Assembly (NCBI GenBank): GCA_021300195.1
Contig: JAJTIE010000018.1
Coordinates: 14,524-78,523, forward strand
Source of the DNA: Bacteroidota bacterium
GTDB lineage: Bacteria; Bacteroidota; Bacteroidia; J057; JAJTIE01
Reading direction: 5' to 3'
DNA: 64,000 nucleotides
This document shows, in pieces, positions 44,198 through 53,516 of the stretch. Position 1 is the stretch's first letter. Every line of letters begins with the position of its first letter. Below the pieces are notes generated by a model. That model was not told the DNA's origin and searched no databases. It saw only the letters and a program-made list of their open reading frames with translations. Position numbers and translations under genes: made by a program.

Positions 44198-46473
44198 TGG
44201 CTCAGTATCAACCGAACTGGGGGTAAGGCTAACTCTTGGCCAGGAGCATGTAGGATATACAGCCCGGCAGGCAAGCCTGATAGCGAGAGCAGCTGCCTGC
44301 CCGCTGGCAGATCCCAGGTTTTCAGCTCTCTACCCATCACGTCCTGTAGTGCCAGCTGTAGCGGCTGCATAGCCTCAACCCATACTTGATCTGTCGCTGG
44401 GTTGGGATACACGCGCAGGGGGCTGGGGGTAGCACCCGCAGAAGAAGCGCGGGAAACGGTGGGGTCGGAGGTAAAGACATAACGCACCAGTATGCCGTCT
44501 GAGGGGCCCCCGCCGTAGAAAAACTGGCTGGCGTTCAGGGCGGGGAAACGGGCCTCACCAAAGGTCTGCCCACCCATCACCGTCTGTACACTGTCGGCCG
44601 CTGCGGCATATAGCACGTCTGCCGCTGCACCCCCGTAGTAGGAGGCCTGCAAAAGTACTGCCGTATGCGAAAACACAGCCCAGTAGCCATCGGTGGTGCC
44701 GCCCCGATATTCGTCCAGAAACCCGGCACGCAGGGTAGGTAGATCGGTGCTGCGAGTCTCGCCTACGGCATACAGCTCACCCTGCTTGCGGTTGACAGCC
44801 AGGCCGTGGGCAAACTCGAACTCGCTACCGCCCAGGGCATACGTACTCCACAGGTTTAGCCCGGCCGTATCAAAACGTGCCAGAAACAGGTCTGATCGGC
44901 CTACCAAGCTAGGCTGGGTGGGCAGCAGCAGGGGGAAGTTGGGGCTAAAGGTATGGCCCAGCAGCACCGGCTTCCAGGCACTGTCCAGCACCAGGCCGTG
45001 CACCTCTTCCTCATCCGTTCCACCCCAGTAGGTACCGCGCCGCAAAGCACCTGCCGAGTCGAGCTTGATCCAGAAAGCATCCTTTGTGCCCGAAAACGCT
45101 GGCTGGGCCGCGCCTGGCACATTCAGATCGGGGCTGCTGGTACTGCCGGCCAGGTAGTAGTGTGCGCCCCGGGCATCCACAGCCAGGCCGCCCGGCTGCT
45201 CAAAAGCCGTTCCGCCATAGTAGCCCGCCCAGCGGAGTCGACCCGTTGTGTGCACCTTGGCCATCCACAGGTCTCCGCCACCCGGGGGGCTGCCCTGCAG
45301 GCCACCCGTGCCCAGGCTGGCCAGGCCACCCGTGGTGGTACCCAGCACAACCACAAAGCCCGATGTATCGATGGCCAGGTGGGTAATGGCATCGATACCC
45401 ACCTGGCCAAAGTACTGACTCCATAGATACAAGCCCTGTGCATTAAATTTGGCCAAAAATGCGTCTTGATTGCCCCCATAGGCCAGCTGACCCAGGCCAA
45501 AGGTAGCAATGGAACCGAGGGTGCTGCCGCCCAGATAGATTGCCCCACTTGCATCTACAGCCACTGCCAGGCCCTCATCGGCCTCGCTCCCACCGAAGTA
45601 GGTAGCCCAGCGCAGGCTGCCATTTGCATTGTTCACACCCACTACGGCATCTCTGGCGGGGCCGCCCTTTACCACCTGGCCGGCAGTAGCCGGAAAGTTC
45701 TCACTATCGGTATAGCCCGCCCAGGCAAAGCCGCCGTCGGGCAGGGTGGCAATAGACCGGATGGCATCGGCAGCGCTACCCCCTATAAAGGACGAAGACG
45801 TGCGCAAAAGAGGATCCACAACGATCGGGCCCGTGGATGCTGCGGCCACTGCCTGGTAGTACAGGCGGGTGCCTACCAGGCGGTGCTGTACCGTCAGCGG
45901 GTGCCCATTCGGTCCCTGCCAGGCAGCTGGTATGTGCTCTGCGAGCCTACCCAGGGGGGTGTGCAGGTGCAGGGCATTCTCCTCGGGCTGCAGGTGCGCA
46001 CCCACCACCTGCCAGTAGAAAGCTGACAAGGCTGCCGCATCCTGTGCCAGGAGGTTGTACTTGAACGAAGCCGCTTGCTCCATCAGCTCGAGGTCTACTC
46101 CGGGTGCTATGCCCCGCAGCAGCAGGGTGTGCGCCGCCTGCAGGCCTGCCTGCGCCCTGTGGCTATGCCCCGTGGTGATAAACCGGTACGTAGCTGCATC
46201 CGCCGCTACACTGGGCTCGAAAGCGTGCGGACGGGTGGGGAAAAGAAAATCGATCCGGACGGCAGCATCGGAGCCATCGAGGGTGCCAGTGGGCACATAG
46301 TGCAGGCCCAGGTCGGACACATAGACCGTAAGGCCCGAAAAACGGGCGTAGTAGCGAATGGCAGCCCCGGCCAGCGGCTGGGTCCATTGGGCCGGATAGG
46401 GTACAAATCCGGCGGCACGCACTTCCGCCAGGCCGGCCAAGAGGAAAATGAGGACTGTCAGGCATTTCTTCAT
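44194..46473 (-). CDS. Secreted beta-propeller-repeat (SBBP-like) protein with T9SS C-terminal sorting domain
   Basis: Signal peptide MKKCLTVLIFLLAGLAEVRA. Units of the form GG...D.G.AVAVD..G..Y..G.T.S recur. The C-terminal LRVYPNPATDQVWVE...GLYILH is a Por_Secre_tail-type domain. Confidence 0.7.
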   Translation of the reverse strand: MKKCLTVLIFLLAGLAEVRAAGFVPYPAQWTQPLAGAAIRYYARFSGLTVYVSDLGLHYVPTGTLDGSDAAVRIDFLFPTRPHAFEPSVAADAATYRFITTGHSHRAQAGLQAAHTLLLRGIAPGVDLELMEQAASFKYNLLAQDAAALSAFYWQVVGAHLQPEENALHLHTPLGRLAEHIPAAWQGPNGHPLTVQHRLVGTRLYYQAVAAASTGPIVVDPLLRTSSSFIGGSAADAIRSIATLPDGGFAWAGYTDSENFPATAGQVVKGGPARDAVVGVNNANGSLRWATYFGGSEADEGLAVAVDASGAIYLGGSTLGSIATFGLGQLAYGGNQDAFLAKFNAQGLYLWSQYFGQVGIDAITHLAIDTSGFVVVLGTTTGGLASLGTGGLQGSPPGGGDLWMAKVHTTGRLRWAGYYGGTAFEQPGGLAVDARGAHYYLAGSTSSPDLNVPGAAQPAFSGTKDAFWIKLDSAGALRRGTYWGGTDEEEVHGLVLDSAWKPVLLGHTFSPNFPLLLPTQPSLVGRSDLFLARFDTAGLNLWSTYALGGSEFEFAHGLAVNRKQGELYAVGETRSTDLPTLRAGFLDEYRGGTTDGYWAVFSHTAVLLQASYYGGAAADVLYAAAADSVQTVMGGQTFGEARFPALNASQFFYGGGPSDGILVRYVFTSDPTVSRASSAGATPSPLRVYPNPATDQVWVEAMQPLQLALQDVMGRELKTWDLPAGRQLLSLSGLPAGLYILHAPGQELALPPVRLILSH

Positions 46474-46498
46474 CTGGCAATATTAATCAGGTACGTGT

Positions 46499-46963
46499 TT
46501 ATTTTTCGTGAAGCAGTACGTCCCAGGCCGCCCGGATGTCGGGATACGAGAAGCCCTTTTGCAGCAGATAGCGTACCACGCGCTCGTATCGCTGCGGGCT
46601 GTCTGGCGGCAGCTGGGCCAGCTTTCGGCGCATCAGTTTTTGGATGCGCTGCTGCTGCTCGGCCCCATCCAGGGCCTGCAGGGCAGCCTCGGCGATCGGC
46701 CCTGGCACCCCCTTCCGGGCCAGGCCTGCGGCTATTTTTTGCCTACCCCATTGGTTTTGATTGGCCTTGCTGCGCACATACAGGCTGGCAAAGCGCTGCT
46801 CGTCCTGGTAGCGCTCATCCTGTAGCAGCCTCAGTATCTCCAGGGCCCATGGGGTGGGGCAGCCCCAGCCCTGCAGTTTCATCAGTACCTCCATAGCACT
46901 GCGCTCCTGCTGCGCACAGTAGCGCTGCGCACGGGTCAGCCAGGGCTCCAGGCCTGGCATCAT
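46499..46963 (-). CDS. recX: Regulatory protein RecX
   Basis: RAQRYCAQQERSAMEVLMKLQGWG...DERYQDEQRFASLYVRSK...WGRQKIAAGLARKGV shows the RecX repeat pattern. Confidence 0.75.
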   Translation of the reverse strand: MMPGLEPWLTRAQRYCAQQERSAMEVLMKLQGWGCPTPWALEILRLLQDERYQDEQRFASLYVRSKANQNQWGRQKIAAGLARKGVPGPIAEAALQALDGAEQQQRIQKLMRRKLAQLPPDSPQRYERVVRYLLQKGFSYPDIRAAWDVLLHEK

Positions 46964-47310
46964 AGGGTATCTCGCTCCTTTTTTGGCAGGGCCGATACAA
47001 CCAGCTCGTAGCTATGGTCTATCCAGTGGCGTAGCTCCACATCGGGCAGGCTGCCATCCAGGCAGATGGTATTCCAGTGCTTCTTGCTCAGGTGGTAGCC
47101 CGGCTGCACCGCCGCATAGCGCGCGCGCAGCTCCAGGGCCTGCGCCGGGTCGCACTTTACACTGATGTACAGGGGCGTGCTATCCAGGCGAATAATCATC
47201 CAGATCTTGCCCCGTACCTTCAGCACCAGTGCGTCGTCGCCAAAGGGCATGGTCGGTTCGCTGCCCGGCTTGGCCAGGGCGTAGGCCTGCAGGGTATCTA
47301 GCTCTTTCAT
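46960..47310 (-). CDS. MmcQ/YjbR family DNA-binding protein
   Basis: PFGDDALVLKVRGKIWMIIRLD...YISVKCDP...PGYHLSKKHWNTI. The internal ATG at 47310 overlaps the GT2 stop (ATGA), and the gene's own stop overlaps the recX ATG (ATGA). Confidence 0.75.
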   Translation of the reverse strand: MKELDTLQAYALAKPGSEPTMPFGDDALVLKVRGKIWMIIRLDSTPLYISVKCDPAQALELRARYAAVQPGYHLSKKHWNTICLDGSLPDVELRHWIDHSYELVVSALPKKERDTL

Positions 47311-48332
47311 AGGGATCGAAATAAGGATCGAAAGGTTTTTTTGCCCCGCACATAGTGCTGCCACAGCAGGCTGCCCGGGTAGTAGCCTGCCAGCTGGTGC
47401 AGCCGACGGGGAGGCTGCAGCCGGCGGCTGCGCCAGGCGGAACGAAGCCTACCCCAGAAGGAGAGGTGGGCACGAATAACGGTCCAGGTAAGTGCCGGGC
47501 GCAGGCGCAGCAGCTGCACAAGGCCCCATACTCCGTCCAGGCAAAGGCGGAAGCCCAGCATCCGCACTGCCGAGCCCAGGGGGGCATTCTTTGCATACGT
47601 CAGCAGGCTATTGCGGATGTTGTAAAACACCTTTCGTGGGTGGCCCATGGGTAGGCTAGCTCCACCCAGGTGGTACACCAGGCTTTTCGGCTCCACCCAT
47701 ATTTCGTAGCCTGCATTCTGGGCACGCCAGCAGAAATCGATCTCCTCCATGTGTGCGCCGAATCCTTGGTCGAAGAGGCCAAGCTGGCGAATAACCGAGG
47801 TGCGTATGAGCATACAGGCCCCAGATGCCCAGAAAACAGGCCGCGCGTCATCGTACTGCCCCTTGTCTGGCTCCAGTGTGCCGAAAATACGGCCCCGGCA
47901 AAAGGGAAAGCCCCAGGCATCGAGCCAGCCCCCTGCGGCCCCGGCGTACTCGAAGCAGGTGGGCTGGCGATAGGAACGGATTTTGGGCATAACGGCGGCC
48001 AGGCGGGGATTTTGCTCGGCCAGCGCCACCAGGGGGGCCAGCCAGCCTGGGGTGCAGGCCACATCGGTGTTCAGCAGCAGTACGTAGGTGCTCTCTATCT
48101 GCTCCACGGCCAGGTTGTTTCCATGCGCAAAACCCAGGTTCTGTGCAGGCTGCAGCAGGCGGGCATCGGGGTAGTGTGTGCGCAGCCAGGCTGCCGAGCC
48201 ATCTGTGCTGGCATTATCCACCATACACAGCTGCAGCTGCGGCCAGCCGGCTGGCTGTAGCGTGGGCATAAACTGCTGGAGCAGGTGTTTGCCGTTCCAG
48301 TTTACAAGCACAAGGGTAACCGTAGCAGGCAC
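47307..48332 (-). CDS. Glycosyltransferase family 2
   Basis: VTLVLVNWNGKHLL...DNASTDGS...LLNTDV shows the GT-A fold motifs (DxD-like). Confidence 0.85.
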   Translation of the reverse strand: MPATVTLVLVNWNGKHLLQQFMPTLQPAGWPQLQLCMVDNASTDGSAAWLRTHYPDARLLQPAQNLGFAHGNNLAVEQIESTYVLLLNTDVACTPGWLAPLVALAEQNPRLAAVMPKIRSYRQPTCFEYAGAAGGWLDAWGFPFCRGRIFGTLEPDKGQYDDARPVFWASGACMLIRTSVIRQLGLFDQGFGAHMEEIDFCWRAQNAGYEIWVEPKSLVYHLGGASLPMGHPRKVFYNIRNSLLTYAKNAPLGSAVRMLGFRLCLDGVWGLVQLLRLRPALTWTVIRAHLSFWGRLRSAWRSRRLQPPRRLHQLAGYYPGSLLWQHYVRGKKTFRSLFRSL

Positions 48333-48349
48333 GGGTGGGGGCAGGGTAG

Positions 48350-48676
48350 CTATAGTCCGAGTTGGCTAATATCCAGGCCCGGTATGTTGGGCAACATGCC
48401 CTGGGTAATCTTGCTCATTTCCTGCCGGGCGGCCTGCTCGGCCTTCTCCAGGGCGTTATTGGTGGCAGCGGCTATCAGATCTTCCAGCATTTCCTTGTCC
48501 TGCAGCACGTCTGCCTCCAGCTGTACGTGCAAGATCTGGCGTGCGGCGTTGGCTGTTACCCGTACCATGCCCCCGCCGGCCATGCCCTCTACGGTGATAT
48601 CGGCCAGCTTCTTCTTTGCCTCTTCCAGGCGCTGCTGCATTTCCTGCATCTTGCCAAACATATCTGCGATATTCAT
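48350..48676 (-). CDS. ybaB: YbaB/EbfC family nucleoid-associated protein
   Basis: 108 aa. MFGKMQEMQQRLEEAKKKLADITVEGMAGGGMVRVTANAARQI is the family signature. Confidence 0.9.
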   Translation of the reverse strand: MNIADMFGKMQEMQQRLEEAKKKLADITVEGMAGGGMVRVTANAARQILHVQLEADVLQDKEMLEDLIAAATNNALEKAEQAARQEMSKITQGMLPNIPGLDISQLGL

Positions 48677-48718
48677 GCTATTCAGAATTTGTTATCCGAT
48701 TGGGTACCCAGCGGAGAA

Positions 48719-48726
48719 CAAAGGTA
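48719..48726 (-). promoter_or_regulatory. Candidate -7 promoter box (TAccTTTG) upstream of ybaB
   Basis: Reverse complement of caaaggta. It lies about 43 nt upstream of the ATG at 48676. Confidence 0.35.
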
Positions 48727-48847
48727 GGCCTTTGCACTTGCATGGGGTTACACAGGGGCAATTTCGGTATTTTTCATTCAGCCAACCGAGGGCAGCTGTA
48801 GCGCAGGAGGTGCCGACCAGCGGTGCTTGTGCCGCACAAGGAACACT

Positions 48848-50413
48848 TCAGGCCGGAGTTACGGGAGATTCCGGCGACTGCGGGGCCACCAGCAGGGTCT
48901 GTTCCCGGTCCAGGACTACCTGGCCTACAGCCAGCTTTTTGTGCTTTCGCACATACTTGCGTTCGGTATAGCTCACGGTGGCCAGGCTGGCCCGTCGCTG
49001 CTTGCTAAACCAGGCTGCCAGGCCAGCGGCATATTCCAGTACGGCGGGCGGAACCTCCTGTTTCGCATGGGCCCGGCGGAGCACCACATGGCTACCCCGT
49101 ACGTCTCGGGCATGCAGCCACAGGTCGTGCTTGTGGGCGTAGCCAAAGGTCAGTCGGTCGTTGCTGGTGGCATTCCGGCCTACCAGGATTTTGAATCCCT
49201 GATATTCAAAGCGGCGAAAGGGGGCCGCGGGGGCATCCCCGGTAGCAGCCGTATCGGCTTCGGGCTGGGGGTATCGGCTCATAAAGGCCTTGAGTGCCTC
49301 CGGGCCATCTACCTGCTGAAAATCGGTAAAAGCCTGGGTCGCCGCCGCAGCTGCGGCCTGTAGCTGGGGCAGCTGGGCCTGTAGCCACTGTAGGCGCTTG
49401 CTGCGGTCCTTCTGCTTCCGGTACCAGCGGGCGGCCTGCTCGGCAGCGGGCAGCAGGGGGTCCAGCTGCACCCGCAGCACCCCGGCCCGATACAGGTCTT
49501 CCAGTTCGATTGCCTCCATACCGGGCCGGATACGATGAAGGTTGGCCATCAGCAGGTGGCCTATCTCTTCGGGCGGACGCTCGGCCAGCAGGGCTGCCAG
49601 GGCCGCCTCCCGGTCGGCATGGCGGGCGGTAGCCAGGCGGTACTGCCGGTGCACCCAGTGGGCCACACGGGCATACCGGTGCTGATGCTGCTGCTGCCGG
49701 TAGTACTGGCGCACATGGGTGGCCAGGGCCTCGGGCAGGGGCAGGCGGGCCAAACCCGGCAGGGGATGCAGGCAAAAAACCGGGCGGCCCGCCTGCTCGC
49801 CCACCGTAGCACTGCCATCGCAGCAGTGGGCCAGGTAGTGGGCCGGGGTGTACGTGTGCGCCTGCATATACTGCCGCATGGCATCGTCTATCCACCTGGG
49901 CACATGCGTGGGGGGAACAGACGGCAGCAAGCTGGCAGGGCAAACAAGGCTAAGAGCTGCAAGATCGAGCTGGCCCGGGCTACGAAAAAACAGGGGGGAG
50001 TCGGCTTTCTGCCTGGCCTGCCAGCAGGCGTAGCCACGGGGGCCAAAGAAGGCCAGGTAGAGCGTTCCGTGCGGAAAGCGCAGAGCCAATACACGGTCGT
50101 TCTCGGCTATTTCGAGTTTCTGCAGAACCTGGCCTACCACCGGTGCCAGCACATCGGCACTATTGCTCCGCTTGCGGGCAAGGTGCGATACGGGCAGGCA
50201 GTAGCTGAACGTGCCAAACCCTATGCGCCAGTGGTGTGGCGCGGCGGCGGCTGGGGCAGTCCACTCCAGCACCAGTTCATCGCGCTGCTGGGTGAAGGCT
50301 GCCGTGCAGCGGCTACCCACCAGCGGCTGGCTGAGGTACACCAACTGCCAAAGAACCGGATAAGCTACCGTATGCTGCATAGGCGCGAGCAGAGGGGAAA
50401 AAAAGACCGGCAC
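48848..50413 (-). CDS. NFACT/DUF814 RNA-binding domain protein (FbpA/RqcH-related)
   Basis: The C-terminal FKILVGRNATSNDRLTFGYAHKHDLWLHARDVRGSHVVLR matches the NFACT-R (DUF814) signature. Confidence 0.7.
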   Translation of the reverse strand: MPVFFSPLLAPMQHTVAYPVLWQLVYLSQPLVGSRCTAAFTQQRDELVLEWTAPAAAAPHHWRIGFGTFSYCLPVSHLARKRSNSADVLAPVVGQVLQKLEIAENDRVLALRFPHGTLYLAFFGPRGYACWQARQKADSPLFFRSPGQLDLAALSLVCPASLLPSVPPTHVPRWIDDAMRQYMQAHTYTPAHYLAHCCDGSATVGEQAGRPVFCLHPLPGLARLPLPEALATHVRQYYRQQQHQHRYARVAHWVHRQYRLATARHADREAALAALLAERPPEEIGHLLMANLHRIRPGMEAIELEDLYRAGVLRVQLDPLLPAAEQAARWYRKQKDRSKRLQWLQAQLPQLQAAAAAATQAFTDFQQVDGPEALKAFMSRYPQPEADTAATGDAPAAPFRRFEYQGFKILVGRNATSNDRLTFGYAHKHDLWLHARDVRGSHVVLRRAHAKQEVPPAVLEYAAGLAAWFSKQRRASLATVSYTERKYVRKHKKLAVGQVVLDREQTLLVAPQSPESPVTPA

Positions 50414-50452
50414 GAGGCCGGTCTGGGGTATAGCGTACAGGCGAGCAGACTG

Positions 50453-51853
50453 CTAGCCTATGTTGTGCATCATCTTGCGAATTCGGCCCGAGAGCAGCAG
50501 CAGCACCAGGCCCAAAAACATCACCACCAGCGCAATGCCTAGAAAGAAGGTGGAGTAGTTGAAGTTGGAGCGGATGAACACCAACAGGCCGGCAAAGATG
50601 TTGGCGATAAATACGCTGCCAAACCAGACACCCATCATAAGCGAACCCAGCCGGGGCGGTGCCAGCTTGGTAACCATGGATAGGCCAATGGGGGAGAGGC
50701 AGAGCTCGCCAAAAGTATGGAAGACGTACGTGAACATGACAAACCAGATGCTGGCCATTACCGTGCTATTGGCCTCCACCTCCAGGGCAGCCATGTACAT
50801 GAAAAGAAAGCCAGCACCTGCCAACACGATGCCAATACCCATTTTGGTGGGCGTATTGGGTTCCAGTTTTGCCTTGGAGAGCAGCGTCCACAGCAGGGCA
50901 AACAGGGGGGCAAAGACAACGATCATCAAAGGATTGAGCGACTGGAAGTAGGCCGTATCGAAGGTGAAGAGTCCGGCCATGTCTTTGTTTACGTGGTTCT
51001 CGGTAAAGAAGGTGATGGAAGTGGGGGCCAGGTCGAAGCCGGTCCAGAAGGCAATGTTGAACACCGCCAGGATCACCAGGGCCCAGATGCGGTCTTTTTC
51101 CACCTTGGTAAGGGGGGTGGATGGGGTGCTGGCGGTGGCGGCCTTTTTCTTTGTCTTCGGCTTCATGCCGGCATCACCCAGGTATTTTTTTCCGAAAAGC
51201 ACATAGACGAGCAGGCCCAGAAACATACCCGCGCTGGCTGCACCAAAGCCCCAGCTGTAGCCCATATAGCCCGACTCGGGCGAACGAAACCACCCGCACA
51301 CAATGGGTGCCACCAGTGCACCCAGGTTGATGCCCATGTAAAAAATGGTAAAGGCGGTGTCCTTGCGCTTATCGCCCGGCTCGTACAGGTCTCCCACCAC
51401 AGTCGAGATGTTGGGCTTAAAAAAGCCGTTTCCGAATGTGATCAGGATCAGGCCGAAAACAAACACGTAAAAATCGTTGCTCACCGCCAGCATGGCATAT
51501 CCCAGCCCCATCAGTAGGCCACCCATCAGGATAGACCTGCGCTGGCCAATGAAGGCATCGGCCAGAAAACCACCCAGTAGGGGGGTCAGGTAAACAAAGG
51601 CCTGAAAAAAGTTGGCAATCAAGCCAGCCGTTTCCTCGGTAAGGCCCAGGCCCGCCATGCCTTCCTTGCCCGGATCCTGTATCACGGCGGCAGCCATGTA
51701 GAGACCCAGAATGGCGCGCATGCCATAGTAGCCAAAGCGCTCCCACATCTCTACGGTAAAGAGCAGGTACAACCCCTTGGGGTGTCCTTTTCCGGTTTTA
51801 GCAGTTTCCAAATTTCTAGGGGTTTTAGGGAATAGTTCTTTACAGGATTGCAC
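50453..51853 (-). CDS. Proton-dependent oligopeptide transporter (POT/PTR2 family)
   Basis: EMWERFGYYGMRAIL and GGFLADAFIGQRRSI are the PTR2 signatures. About 12-14 TM helices. Confidence 0.9.
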   Translation of the reverse strand: MQSCKELFPKTPRNLETAKTGKGHPKGLYLLFTVEMWERFGYYGMRAILGLYMAAAVIQDPGKEGMAGLGLTEETAGLIANFFQAFVYLTPLLGGFLADAFIGQRRSILMGGLLMGLGYAMLAVSNDFYVFVFGLILITFGNGFFKPNISTVVGDLYEPGDKRKDTAFTIFYMGINLGALVAPIVCGWFRSPESGYMGYSWGFGAASAGMFLGLLVYVLFGKKYLGDAGMKPKTKKKAATASTPSTPLTKVEKDRIWALVILAVFNIAFWTGFDLAPTSITFFTENHVNKDMAGLFTFDTAYFQSLNPLMIVVFAPLFALLWTLLSKAKLEPNTPTKMGIGIVLAGAGFLFMYMAALEVEANSTVMASIWFVMFTYVFHTFGELCLSPIGLSMVTKLAPPRLGSLMMGVWFGSVFIANIFAGLLVFIRSNFNYSTFFLGIALVVMFLGLVLLLLSGRIRKMMHNIG

Positions 51854-52116
51854 AAAAATACACGAATTCTTTTTCGCTCCTAGTGCCTGCAGAGGTCAGG
51901 TCTACACTACCTAATTACACGCACAGGCCAGCCTGGCGGACCCTGGCGAGAGACCAGTGGTTCTGTGGCCAGCTTTGTAGCAGCCTGCACAGTGGGTAGC
52001 CAGCCTGGGTATCGGGGCTGAAGGGAAACGGAGACCGGGCATTGAATCGTACGCGTGTGTGGCAGAGTGGGCTGGAACACGAAAAAAAGGACACCCTATA
52101 GCCCCTCTTTTTGTGG

Positions 52117-52124
52117 TATCTTTG
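52117..52124 (+). promoter_or_regulatory. Candidate -7 promoter box (TAtcTTTG) for the dedA-family gene
   Basis: Exact TAnnTTTG match 32 nt upstream of the ATG at 52156. It lies inside the longer track ORF and so supports the internal start. Confidence 0.4.
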
Positions 52125-52155
52125 CGGCCCTACCATTAACCACGCTTCGCGAAAC

Positions 52156-52833
52156 ATGGAGTTTTTGTCTGCCCTCAGCGATATGCTGCAATACATCAAG
52201 CCGGAATACATCATTCAGTCGGCGGGGCCCTATCTGCTGGTAGTGCTAGCAGGCATCATCTTTGCCGAAACAGGCCTGATGGTGGGCTTTTTTCTACCCG
52301 GAGACAGCCTGCTGTTTCTGGTGGGCCTGTACACAGCCACGGGCTTGATTAGCGTTCCGCTGGTGGTGGTGCTGGGTGTGCTGATGGTGGCTGCCATTGT
52401 GGGCGACCAGACGGGCTACATCATTGGCCGCAAGCTGGGCCCGGCACTTTTCCGGAAGCCGGAGAGTCGTTTTTTCAAGCCGCAGTACATAGCACGCACC
52501 AAGTCCTTTTACGATCGGCACGGGGGCAAAGCCATCATTCTGGGCCGCTTTGTGCCCATTGTACGCACCTTTGTGCCCATGATAGCGGGGGTGGCCAACC
52601 TGGAGTATCGGAAGTTTGTGTCGTACAACGTAATAGGCGGCATTGTATGGATAGGCAGCATGACGCTGCTGGGCTACCTGCCGGTGGCGCTGGCCGGGCC
52701 GCGCCTGGCCGAGCAGTACATCAAGCCCAATGTGCACTACATTACGCTGGGCATTATCCTCGTCAGCGCGGTGCCCATCCTCACCACCTACCTGAGTGAG
52801 CGGCGGCGCAGCAAAGCCCAAAAAGGGGCATGA
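52156..52833 (+). CDS. DedA family membrane protein
   Basis: FAETGLMVGFFLPGDSLLFLVG...GRFVPIVRTFVP are the DedA/SNARE-associated motifs. Confidence 0.85.
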   Translation: MEFLSALSDMLQYIKPEYIIQSAGPYLLVVLAGIIFAETGLMVGFFLPGDSLLFLVGLYTATGLISVPLVVVLGVLMVAAIVGDQTGYIIGRKLGPALFRKPESRFFKPQYIARTKSFYDRHGGKAIILGRFVPIVRTFVPMIAGVANLEYRKFVSYNVIGGIVWIGSMTLLGYLPVALAGPRLAEQYIKPNVHYITLGIILVSAVPILTTYLSERRRSKAQKGA

Positions 52834-53507
52834 GCACAATTGCCGATCGGCTGCAGGCCGTAAAGGCCTCGCTGGCAGAAGCCTGTAGGGCGGTGGGCAG
52901 GCTACCCGAGGAGGTAAAACTGGTGGCGGTAAGCAAAACCTTCCCGGTATCGGCAGCGCAGGCAGCCTGTGCCGCCGGGCAGATGGACTTTGGCGAAAAC
53001 CGTGTGCAAGAGTACCTGCAGAAGCAGCCCCTGCTGCCCGCAGCACACTGGCACCTGATAGGCCCACTACAGACAAACAAGGTGAAGTATGTGGTGGATA
53101 CGGTGCACCTGATCCACAGCCTGGATAGCGAGCGGCTGGCGAGCGAGATACAGAAGCGAGCGAAGAGGCCCGTGGATTGCCTCATACAAATCAATATATC
53201 GGGCGAGGGACAGAAAAGCGGTATTCCGGCAGAAGAGCTACCTGGCCTCCTGCGCTGCCTGCCCCAGTATCCACAGGTGCGGGTGCGGGGAATGATGGGG
53301 ATAGCAGAGCTGACGGAGGATACGAACCGGATCCGCAGCCAGTTTGCCCGACTAAGGGGGCTATACGACCAGCTGGGGAGGCAAACCAGCGAACAGGTGC
53401 AGATGCAGCACCTGAGCATGGGCATGAGCGGAGACTATGCCCTGGCCATTGCCGAGGGAGCCACGATGGTGCGCATTGGCTCGGCCATTTTCGGTGGCCG
53501 CAGCTAG
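52830..53507 (+). CDS. yggS: YggS family pyridoxal-phosphate homeostasis protein
   Basis: LVAVSKTFP...FGENRVQE...WHLIGPLQTNKVKY...MGMSGDY...G.T.VRIGSAIFG. Confidence 0.9.
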   Translation: MSTIADRLQAVKASLAEACRAVGRLPEEVKLVAVSKTFPVSAAQAACAAGQMDFGENRVQEYLQKQPLLPAAHWHLIGPLQTNKVKYVVDTVHLIHSLDSERLASEIQKRAKRPVDCLIQINISGEGQKSGIPAEELPGLLRCLPQYPQVRVRGMMGIAELTEDTNRIRSQFARLRGLYDQLGRQTSEQVQMQHLSMGMSGDYALAIAEGATMVRIGSAIFGGRS

Positions 53508-53516
53508 AGTAGCCGT

